38,528 nt of DNA, taken from positions 1 to 38,528 of the IMG/VR virus record IMGVR_UViG_3300032163_000049. One strand, given 5' to 3'. Source of the DNA: a virus. Taxonomy: Duplodnaviria; Caudoviricetes. A program made the position numbers and the translations under genes. The notes beneath the pieces were generated by a model, which saw only the letters and a list, made by a program, of their open reading frames with translations, had not been told where the DNA came from and made no database searches. Shown in pieces: positions 8,835-16,145 of this stretch; position 1 is the stretch's first letter; every line of letters begins with the position of its first letter.

Positions 8835-9678
8835 TTGTAAAGAACCTCTTGATGGCAGCATGGATTAGCTCGCTGACCGTGACCTTCTTTCCGAGCTTCC
8901 TGCCACGCCTCGCAGCCTCGGACTCAAGCATGTCGGCTTCATTCCGGCTAACCGTGACTCTGAATGTAACAAGAAGAGAAGGTTTCTTTGCCTCTTCGAT
9001 TATTCCCTGTACCTTTTCGTTCGGCTTTTCTCTCTTGATTTGAAGTGCCCGCTTGAATTCGGCTGCGGTCAGGCCGCCCATTTGATTCGCTATCGTGAGC
9101 ATTTCCTTCTCGTCGGGCCAGAATGCTGCTGTTATGTCGTGTGCTTTTTGATCCGTGAGTGTGCCATCATCTACCATCTTTTGCAGACTCTTCGGAACTA
9201 GCTGAGCTGACAGATACTCAATGACATCTTCCTTGGGCAATCCCAAGTCTGCTAAAATCTGGTTGACTTTCTGATCTTTTGAACCAGAATAAGCGTCGAA
9301 GAGCTTGCTCACAACGTCAATGGTGTCGCTGTATGGAAGCTCCCTACGATGAATATTCTCGCCGAAGGACACAAGGGACTTGGCAATCTCGCTCATGTCG
9401 TCCATGATTAGGGCTGGAATGTACTTCTTTCCCAACGCCTTCAGCGCGAGGAACCTTCTCTGACCCGCAACGCACTCGAACTTGTCGCCCCTTTGTATGA
9501 CCACGATTGGCTGAATTAGTCCGATTCTGTCGATGCTTCCCTCAATTTCTGGGAGTCCGTCTTCCTTCTCTGTCTTGCGGGTGTTCTGGGGCGAGATGTA
9601 AACCTGTTCCATAGGAAGATCCTTCCTGAAGTCCTTGAAGAGGACTTGACCGATTTTCGGTTTAGAACCATTTGTCAT
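8824..9678 (-). CDS. parB: ParB/RepB/Spo0J family protein with C-terminal RHH
   Basis: IGLIQPIVV, VAGQRRFLA (GxxR), ENIHRRELP; ATG 9678 overlaps the upstream stop. Confidence 0.9.
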   Translation of the reverse strand: MTNGSKPKIGQVLFKDFRKDLPMEQVYISPQNTRKTEKEDGLPEIEGSIDRIGLIQPIVVIQRGDKFECVAGQRRFLALKALGKKYIPALIMDDMSEIAKSLVSFGENIHRRELPYSDTIDVVSKLFDAYSGSKDQKVNQILADLGLPKEDVIEYLSAQLVPKSLQKMVDDGTLTDQKAHDITAAFWPDEKEMLTIANQMGGLTAAEFKRALQIKREKPNEKVQGIIEEAKKPSLLVTFRVTVSRNEADMLESEAARRGRKLGKKVTVSELIHAAIKRFFTSAA

Positions 9679-9917
9679 TCGTTTTTCCTCGGCCACTCCA
9701 TTACCAGTCTGCGGTAATCTTCTGCGGTGATTAAGCCTTGCTTCAGCTTTCCCTGAAGCTCTGTGACGTATTCCGCGAACCGTCTCCGCTGCTCTTGCCG
9801 TTCTCCCACCTTTTGAAGGGTTTGCATAAATTGGTCAATATCTTCAATCTCATGGACAAACCTGAGATGGTACAAGGTATCTCCGACCTTCTTGCCGCAG
9901 AAGGGGCATAGCCACAA
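9675..9917 (-). CDS. C2H2 Zn-finger protein
   Basis: CPFC...HLRFVH; C-terminal KQGLITAEDY (SHOCT-like) helix. Confidence 0.7.
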   Translation of the reverse strand: MWLCPFCGKKVGDTLYHLRFVHEIEDIDQFMQTLQKVGERQEQRRRFAEYVTELQGKLKQGLITAEDYRRLVMEWPRKNE

Positions 9918-10214
9918 TTCCTGTCGCAGGGAGTATCATTGAACCTTGCCTTTTAAGGCACATCTCGCCGCTTGGCTACGAATCATGAACTACAAGTCAC
10001 ACCCCGAGGCTGAAGATGAGGTCGGCGGCTATTTATCGAGCAGACGGTTTGTTATAGCCACACGAAACCTGCCTAGCAGACGAGGACGTACGTTACCTCG
10101 CACCCCTAACAAGTGCCATGATGAGTCGCTCAAGCGATTGGATCATGCACTCGAATGCGATGTCGAAATGGGTTCAAATAGAAGGTGGAAACGACTGGTT
10201 AACGCTGAATCAGA

Positions 10215-10631
10215 ATGCATCCTGACGAGAGTAAGAGTCAAGAATCCAATCTTGAGCACTTTCATTCTGCTCTGAGATCGGAAGCCGAAACCTCATGGCA
10301 ACGGAACAACTACTTCTTGGTTGTCGTAAGTATTCTGCTGCTAGCATTCAGTCAGTTTCACCAGCGGGCCATTCAAGAGCTAGTGGTCATAGTGGGAATC
10401 GTCGTTAGTGCAACATGGATAATTGCCAATGACCGAAGTGCTTCCTATCTTGGATACTGGAAGCAACAAATCGGAACTCTGGAAACGAATCTAGGCCACT
10501 TGTTGGTATACCCAAAGAAAGATGTTCAAGGCATGGAAATGCGCAAAGCGCTCCGCATTGTGCCCTTAGCCTTTCTGTTGCTCTGGATTTCGCTGCTATT
10601 CCTTGTTCCTTTGGGTTTGTTGCAAAGCTGA
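10215..10631 (+). CDS. Three-TM membrane protein (defence-effector-like)
   Basis: SWQRNNYFL + TM1 + TM2 + YWKQQIGTLE helix + TM3; solitary gene. Confidence 0.7.
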   Translation: MHPDESKSQESNLEHFHSALRSEAETSWQRNNYFLVVVSILLLAFSQFHQRAIQELVVIVGIVVSATWIIANDRSASYLGYWKQQIGTLETNLGHLLVYPKKDVQGMEMRKALRIVPLAFLLLWISLLFLVPLGLLQS

Positions 10632-10801
10632 ACGACAGCCCCTTCCCTCATCACCCGACGGTTAACAGCTCTAGCCATCGCCCAAGGACTTAACAGAGCC
10701 CGGTCTCGCATCTCTCAGGGGTGTCTGCCATAGCACTCTGTATGTCATTTGAATCCGAGCCACTTGAGGAACGAGAAAAGTCTGACCGGGCGGTCGCTTA
10801 G

Positions 10802-10999
10802 CTAAATCGTGACTCCAAGGGCTTTCTTCTCTTCAGCATCCAGGTATGTGTGTCTTGCATAGAGTTCTTTGAGGGCTCGCCTGATTACGTCACCCACAGC
10901 ACAGCCCCACGCCTTCGCTATTTTCTTCGCTCGCATCGAATCCTCTTTTGTCAATCGAACAGTGTGATTCTCGCTGAGTTTCTCGCGTTCTGTACTCAA
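10802..10999 (-). CDS. RHH (CopG-like) regulator
   Basis: HTVRLTKEDSMRAKKIAKAWGCAVGDVIRRALKEL. Confidence 0.85.
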   Translation of the reverse strand: MSTEREKLSENHTVRLTKEDSMRAKKIAKAWGCAVGDVIRRALKELYARHTYLDAEEKKALGVTI

Positions 11000-11018
11000 A
11001 CAGAATCAATCCGCTTGC

Positions 11019-11048
11019 ATTCGCCTCGATTCGCCTCGTTCAGACTCG
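11019..11048. repeat. Tandem 10-bp repeats upstream of the RHH gene (candidate operator)
   Basis: ATTCGCCTCG twice plus degenerate TTCAGACTCG. Confidence 0.55.
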
Positions 11049-11132
11049 TAGCGAACACGTATGAGGCTAATCGCACGCGCACCGTCTTAAGAAACTTCTG
11101 ATTCGAACAAACCCAAGAAGGCTTCGAAGCTG

Positions 11133-11564
11133 TTGCCGCTCCGCAAGGGGCTGGATAAGCGTAGCCTATGGCATGAACGACGCAACAATCACGCTGACGC
11201 CAAGAAACCCAGCAACCATGCCGCATCGCTCGATGATCTCGAGATCCAGAGGGAGAGCGCCGCCCAAGGTCACAAGAAACCATCCAAGCTCTTCCACGAC
11301 CTGATCCGCTGGGAGCTCCATCGCACCAAACAGATCATGACTCAGATTCGCGCAGAACAACTCGACGCAATCTCTCGCGGCCAATATGATCCTCTCACTA
11401 TCGAGACGATCAGCAAAGAAGACGCGGCCCTTTCGGACGTGCAACGTGGCGATGTTTTGCGTGATGTGAAGATTCGTCCAACTGGCTACGTGCATCCTCG
11501 GCTTCGACCGCCTTCGATCAAAGAATTGAAGGAAAGAGAAGAAAATGTCGTTAGAAACGGTTAG
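11133..11564 (+). CDS. Hypothetical protein
   Basis: First ORF of the long + strand late region; overlaps the next start. Confidence 0.55.
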   Translation: MPLRKGLDKRSLWHERRNNHADAKKPSNHAASLDDLEIQRESAAQGHKKPSKLFHDLIRWELHRTKQIMTQIRAEQLDAISRGQYDPLTIETISKEDAALSDVQRGDVLRDVKIRPTGYVHPRLRPPSIKELKEREENVVRNG

Positions 11565-13194
11565 GAACAAGTACCAGAAATTCCTGATAGCGCTCGGCGC
11601 AACCTACATCACTCACACTCGAATGAAGATCATCGGAGGCAAAGAGACTAGGATTCCCTGTATCACAATCGGCTTTCCTAAGAAGGTCGAACCCGTTGCT
11701 CTCATGACCGAAAGTGAATTCGGGAAACTCTTCGAGGAATTCCAGAAAGGCAAGTTGCCGGGGCCAGAAAGCAGAACGCGAGTCGTTGATTCGCTCGGCC
11801 ACTCTCTTGAAGTCGCTCCCGTCATGATACCCAAGATCCTTGACGGAATGCACACCGACATCGAAGCGAGACCGCTGATAGATATTCCGAAACCCGTCAG
11901 CGGCCCCGCTGAGCACATGAAGAAATATCGCCCCGTCCCAGGAGGCGTCTCACTAATCGCCTGCGGCTCCTCGGCTTGCAGCTCACACTTCTGGGTTCGA
12001 GGAGATCCAACACACAAAGCCCACAAGGATTGTCTGAACTCTGGCTGGTATGGTACCATAGAGCTCGCTGGGAAGAAGTACACAGGCTGCTGGCATCTCG
12101 CCCAGAACTACCACTGCGGAATGAACTTCAGCACTGACGGCTCGCCCTATCCTGCGGGCCACGGATGGGCTCAACCTTCCCCCTATGATGGCGGAATCTG
12201 TCCGGCAGACATCGTTGCATATCGACATAGTTTCATCATTCCTGTTCAGCCATACCAGGAGAACGAATTTGACTATCTACTGACGAACGCAGCCGATCTG
12301 AATTATGTCAGCGCTGATGTTCTAGACTTTGGCGGAATCAGCATCGTCTATTGGGAACCGCAGGTCGATTGGGAATGCTGGAGCTCTTCACGGACAGAAG
12401 GAACCACTTCAGGTAAGATCATAGCCACTGAAGTCACGATCGGTGTCAACTATGAATTCTTCATCGCCTATGTGAACCATTGCATCGAGCATACAGCGAA
12501 GATCTCTGGCGGAAGCTCAGGCTCGAGCTTTCTCGCCAGGCCGTCGGGAGCAGCCATTGGCCTCGCAGGAGTCAACTTCGCAGGATCCTCGACAACGAAC
12601 TACGCTATCGCTCTGCCTGCCATCGCTCGAGATTACGGAGTCGAGTTTGATTGGGCCGCTCATCCTGATGGTGAGCAGCCTGAATGTCCACCCGGCCAGC
12701 ATTGGGATCCAACACAAGGCAAATGCGTACCTGATCAGCCTGAATGTCCGCCAGGTCAACATTGGGATCCAGACCAGGGCAAATGTGTCCCTGATGAGCA
12801 GCCGCCGACCGATTGCTGGACACCATTCCTCGAATGCATCTCAGGCTGGGACGGCTCTGATCTAGACTATCTCATCAACTGCATCGTTGGCCTAGTCGTG
12901 TGCCTAGTAGAGCAGGGCATGATAACGCGCAAACAGAAGCAGGCAATAGTCAACCTGGTGTTGAGCAAGGCCCGAGATAAGAAGTCGGTGACCAAGGTCT
13001 TGGAGAAGTACCAGCTAAAGGAGAAAGACTATCGAGGAGCATTCGCTCTCGGAACTCTGCTCGCATGCGGCATCTTCGGTGCCCTTTCGATCTGGTTCCC
13101 GAACGCGCTCGCGATATTCACTTTCTTCGGCGGCCTCACAGCCCGCGAGATCGAACACTACTTCAGCGCCAAAGGCAAAGAGCCGAAGGCGTGA
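11545..13194 (+). CDS. Trypsin-like (Nal1-type) serine protease with Cys-rich repeats and C-terminal holin-like TM region
   Basis: RPVPGGVS, QNYHC (His), QPSPYDGG, EFDY (Asp), SSRTEGTTSG, SGGSSGS (Ser), GVNFAGS; TM hairpin ending HYFSAK. Confidence 0.8.
   Translation: MSLETVRNKYQKFLIALGATYITHTRMKIIGGKETRIPCITIGFPKKVEPVALMTESEFGKLFEEFQKGKLPGPESRTRVVDSLGHSLEVAPVMIPKILDGMHTDIEARPLIDIPKPVSGPAEHMKKYRPVPGGVSLIACGSSACSSHFWVRGDPTHKAHKDCLNSGWYGTIELAGKKYTGCWHLAQNYHCGMNFSTDGSPYPAGHGWAQPSPYDGGICPADIVAYRHSFIIPVQPYQENEFDYLLTNAADLNYVSADVLDFGGISIVYWEPQVDWECWSSSRTEGTTSGKIIATEVTIGVNYEFFIAYVNHCIEHTAKISGGSSGSSFLARPSGAAIGLAGVNFAGSSTTNYAIALPAIARDYGVEFDWAAHPDGEQPECPPGQHWDPTQGKCVPDQPECPPGQHWDPDQGKCVPDEQPPTDCWTPFLECISGWDGSDLDYLINCIVGLVVCLVEQGMITRKQKQAIVNLVLSKARDKKSVTKVLEKYQLKEKDYRGAFALGTLLACGIFGALSIWFPNALAIFTFFGGLTAREIEHYFSAKGKEPKA
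12676..12795 (+). repeat. Two 60-bp tandem repeats encoding QPECPPGQHWDPxQGKCVPD
   Basis: Units 12676-12735 and 12736-12795; differences are mostly synonymous. Confidence 0.95.
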
Positions 13195-13254
13195 AGGCGT
13201 GTTAGATTTCGTTTCCGACCTAGCGGTGAGCCTCTTCGAAGGGAATCAGGTCGA

Positions 13255-13371
13255 ATGACAATCATGGCGGTTAAGATCTTCTGTTCAGGATGCGGTCAGA
13301 CCTTCGATGAGGGTGCCGTTCCAGAGTTCTGCGTGAGACGCTTCCTTGGCATATTCAAATGTAGACATTAG
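13255..13371 (+). CDS. Small Zn-finger protein (38 aa)
   Basis: MTIMAVKIFCSGCGQTFDEGAVPEFCVRRFLGIFKCRH; not in the ORF track. Confidence 0.5.
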   Translation: MTIMAVKIFCSGCGQTFDEGAVPEFCVRRFLGIFKCRH

Positions 13372-13928
13372 TGACATCAATGACGTCCTTTCGTCCGCTT
13401 CGTCTACACACAGCGCTAAGGATAGTCAAAGGCCTTGGCAGATGGGTGCTTGTCGTAGGGCTGCCAGGGACAGGCAAGTCAACTCTGCTAAGCAACTTGC
13501 GCCGAAGATTTCATGATCCTCTGACTTTCTCAATCGGCATCTTTGACGCTTGGGAATTTGACGAGCGAAAGGCGAAAGGAAAACGAGTTGTCATCATCGA
13601 AGATTTGCCGCAGCTCGTAGACGATGAGAGAAAACTGAGGAGACTGATTGGCTGGGTCTCGATAGCCCGCCATGCCACGCAAAACCTGATCATCAGCACT
13701 CAAACTCTGAGCCTATTCGAATCATGGCTGCCCGAGCAATTCCAGCTCTTCATTCTCTTCCGCTCTGACAAGAGCAGCCTCGCAACAATCGGGCTACCTG
13801 ATGAGGTAGCGTCAGCAGCGAGCGAATTAGGCCGCTTCCAGTATTTCATATTCGATCGAGAGAAGCAGGGTCTCACAAGACGGTACACGGATCACCAGGT
13901 CAAACCAGTACGAGGGATACTCTCGTGA
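13371..13928 (+). CDS. Small P-loop ATPase (FtsK/HerA superfamily, A32/Zot-like)
   Basis: GLPGTGKS, VIIEDL, IARH, IISTQ. Confidence 0.75.
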   Translation: MTSMTSFRPLRLHTALRIVKGLGRWVLVVGLPGTGKSTLLSNLRRRFHDPLTFSIGIFDAWEFDERKAKGKRVVIIEDLPQLVDDERKLRRLIGWVSIARHATQNLIISTQTLSLFESWLPEQFQLFILFRSDKSSLATIGLPDEVASAASELGRFQYFIFDREKQGLTRRYTDHQVKPVRGILS

Positions 13929-14446
13929 CCTCGAAAGGCCCAAGGCTCGAATACCTAACAAGCATGATTGTGACCCTGACCTTCGCGATACTCTATGGCG
14001 TTCTGGAATACTATTGGATAATCACGGACCGAGATGTGCCTTTCCGATATGGCCACACACCGATCTTCATCGGCTTCCAACTCTACCATATCGCGGTGAT
14101 GATGCCGATCCTGTTTCTGGTCGGCTTCGCTCCTTTCATTGATGATCTGATAGGCGTGAGTCAGATAATCGAGAAATGGTACACGGCTGCGCTCGGTTTC
14201 GCAACGACTGTCTTCGCTGTTATGCTCGAAGATAGCGTGTGGTTCCTAGCAAGAGTTCTGAATCCGCTCTCAATGGATCCGCTGGGCGGCCAGTGGATTC
14301 AGGCTACAGACTGGACCGCAAGATGGAATTCTATTCCATTTCCTGGCGGCGTCATTCCAACCTGGTACTGCTTGATCGCAGTCTTCGCAGGTGTCATGTG
14401 GATATGCGTCTTCAGACACGAGGCGATAAGATCTGACGCCCGCTGA
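13925..14446 (+). CDS. Multi-pass membrane protein
   Basis: About 4 hydrophobic helices; LEDSVWF motif. Confidence 0.7.
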   Translation: MTSKGPRLEYLTSMIVTLTFAILYGVLEYYWIITDRDVPFRYGHTPIFIGFQLYHIAVMMPILFLVGFAPFIDDLIGVSQIIEKWYTAALGFATTVFAVMLEDSVWFLARVLNPLSMDPLGGQWIQATDWTARWNSIPFPGGVIPTWYCLIAVFAGVMWICVFRHEAIRSDAR

Positions 14447-14747
14447 AGTCTTCTGGGCAACCGCTTTCTTATCCACTCTTTTGATCCGACTCCTAGCTGA
14501 CTATGTGAAGGTCAGACTCTACTGGAACTTCAAGAGTCACAAGATCACGATCATGCAATACCAGAAAGCAATCAAGAGCAAAGGCATCCACGTCCATCAC
14601 TTCGTCTGGGGAATCATCTGCGCCTTCGCTGCAATCGGAGCGCTCTATTGGAATCAAGTTTATCCTGGAGCCCTTCTCGCGGCGCTCGCAGCCAGCCTCA
14701 TCGCTTCAGAAGGAAAAGAACTCGTTCTGCAAAAGTGGGGGCCATAG
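14433..14747 (+). CDS. Membrane protein with HVHHFVWG motif (CTG start inferred)
   Basis: The frame of ORF 14481..14747 is open from CTG 14433, adding a hydrophobic N-terminal helix. Confidence 0.65.
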   Translation: MTPAEVFWATAFLSTLLIRLLADYVKVRLYWNFKSHKITIMQYQKAIKSKGIHVHHFVWGIICAFAAIGALYWNQVYPGALLAALAASLIASEGKELVLQKWGP

Positions 14748-14750
14748 AAT

Positions 14751-15323
14751 CTGACACTGAACACCTATGCGAAATATCTCGGCTACTTCACGCTGAAGCC
14801 AAGGCAGAGGCTCATAAAGAACGATGTGATCACGATCGAATTTCCGAAGGCCGTAACTCTCATTGCTGGACGCGTTTGGGTAGGATATGATCAGGGAAGC
14901 ACATTCGAGGCCGCCCTGTCAATCTGGCTTCAGCCTAAGGTGAATTCATTACGGCGCTATCTCAGAGCGCTTGTGCGTTCCCTAAAGAGACTGCCCCCTG
15001 AAACCCCTGCAACCCCATACAGCTATGATTCATGCTCAGAAACCGACGCAGATATCGGAGATCTTCCAGTTGGTGCAGTGCCGCCTAAGGATCCTGGCAG
15101 CGCCTTCAGTGGCAACGTCTACATCGGCGGAGTCTACATGCACAGGCATACGAGTGCAACCTCTCAGCAAGACTACTATCCGCTCAATGAGCTTCATGCG
15201 CTCAAACCGATTCGGGTCAACGCAGGCAGCAGGGTCATCGTGAACCGAAACATCTTCAACATAGATCCCGCGAGAACCTTCAACGCTTGGGACTGCGAGC
15301 TCATCCTAGTCGTAGATGAATAG
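14751..15323 (+). CDS. Hypothetical beta-rich protein (CTG start inferred)
   Basis: The frame of ORF 14826..15323 is open from CTG 14751, 3 nt after the upstream stop. Confidence 0.55.
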   Translation: MTLNTYAKYLGYFTLKPRQRLIKNDVITIEFPKAVTLIAGRVWVGYDQGSTFEAALSIWLQPKVNSLRRYLRALVRSLKRLPPETPATPYSYDSCSETDADIGDLPVGAVPPKDPGSAFSGNVYIGGVYMHRHTSATSQQDYYPLNELHALKPIRVNAGSRVIVNRNIFNIDPARTFNAWDCELILVVDE

Positions 15324-15325
15324 CC

Positions 15326-15541
15326 TTGAACAAGGACCTTCCCGAAGAGATACAAGCCGCCCTAGATGATCCCAAAGAAGACTGCGGCCCCTTCGTCACG
15401 CAAGTAGCCTGCCTCAAACAGCAGCTTAAGCTAGAGAAGAGGCTCACAAGGCTCGAATCCCTCAACACAATCAACATACTCATCTCCCTAGGAGCCCTTG
15501 CTAGCCTGCTCGCGGCGCTTTGGAAACTCTTCGGAGGGTAA
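15326..15541 (+). CDS. Coiled-coil + C-terminal TM protein (holin/XhlA-like architecture)
   Basis: LEKRLTRLE followed by ILISLGALASLLAALWKLF. Confidence 0.6.
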   Translation: MNKDLPEEIQAALDDPKEDCGPFVTQVACLKQQLKLEKRLTRLESLNTINILISLGALASLLAALWKLFGG

Positions 15542-15546
15542 AGAGA

Positions 15547-15672
15547 ATGAACAAAACATGCGCGAGATGTGGACACAGCCTCGCAGCGCATGACGACTCA
15601 GGCTGTAGAATGTGCTACGACGAGAAATGCCGCAGACGCGGAGCAATCCTGGCAAAAGCCCAAGAACCGTGA
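15547..15672 (+). CDS. Small Zn-finger protein (41 aa)
   Basis: CARCGHSLAAHDDSGCRMC; not in the ORF track. Confidence 0.55.
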   Translation: MNKTCARCGHSLAAHDDSGCRMCYDEKCRRRGAILAKAQEP

Positions 15673-15683
15673 AATGAGCCCCC

Positions 15684-16145
15684 ATGACCAAGAAAAGACG
15701 GAAACGCGGGGGTCGTGTCCGAAAGCGCCGGAAAGAAAGGGGCCATAGCCACACCCCCCCTTACTCTCCGCCGAGCGTGGATCCGAAGATTAAGGGTCAG
15801 TATCTGAAGGCTCAGATTAGGAAGATCGAACGGCAGCTCGCTCCTCTCGGCATCAAGATTAACATAAACTCGCTTGAGGATCTCAAGGCTTTCGTCAACA
15901 AGCTGATGCAGCTTCAGGCGGACAAGAAGATCGAAAGCCACGAAACGAGAGTCCTGAATGATTCATGCGAGATCTTGAGGAAGATCTATCAGCCAAGCGA
16001 TCTCGAGGAAACCGTGAATGAGCTTCTCAAAGAGGCGCAAAGTCTCCGAGAAAGTGTCTCTGATCTTAGGAAGCATGGCGTCGGCCAAGGCGGAGCTCGA
16101 GGCGGTACGCAACCCGATTCCTCAGGATCCAGTCCAGTGGGCTGA
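15684..16145 (+). CDS. Putative terminase small subunit
   Basis: Immediately upstream of and overlapping TerL; basic N-terminus, helical; called on position only. Confidence 0.5.
   Translation: MTKKRRKRGGRVRKRRKERGHSHTPPYSPPSVDPKIKGQYLKAQIRKIERQLAPLGIKININSLEDLKAFVNKLMQLQADKKIESHETRVLNDSCEILRKIYQPSDLEETVNELLKEAQSLRESVSDLRKHGVGQGGARGGTQPDSSGSSPVG

Noticed and set aside
8256-9678. Canonical ParABS partition locus
   Set aside because: No ParA/MinD ATPase is adjacent or elsewhere in the window.
9946-10275. 109-aa ORF
   Set aside because: No motif, spans a divergent intergenic region and overlaps the better-supported membrane gene.
13216-13253. Second K-turn-like hairpin (CGACCT/AGGTCG)
   Set aside because: The stem next to the putative GA pairs does not pair properly; may be an ordinary hairpin.
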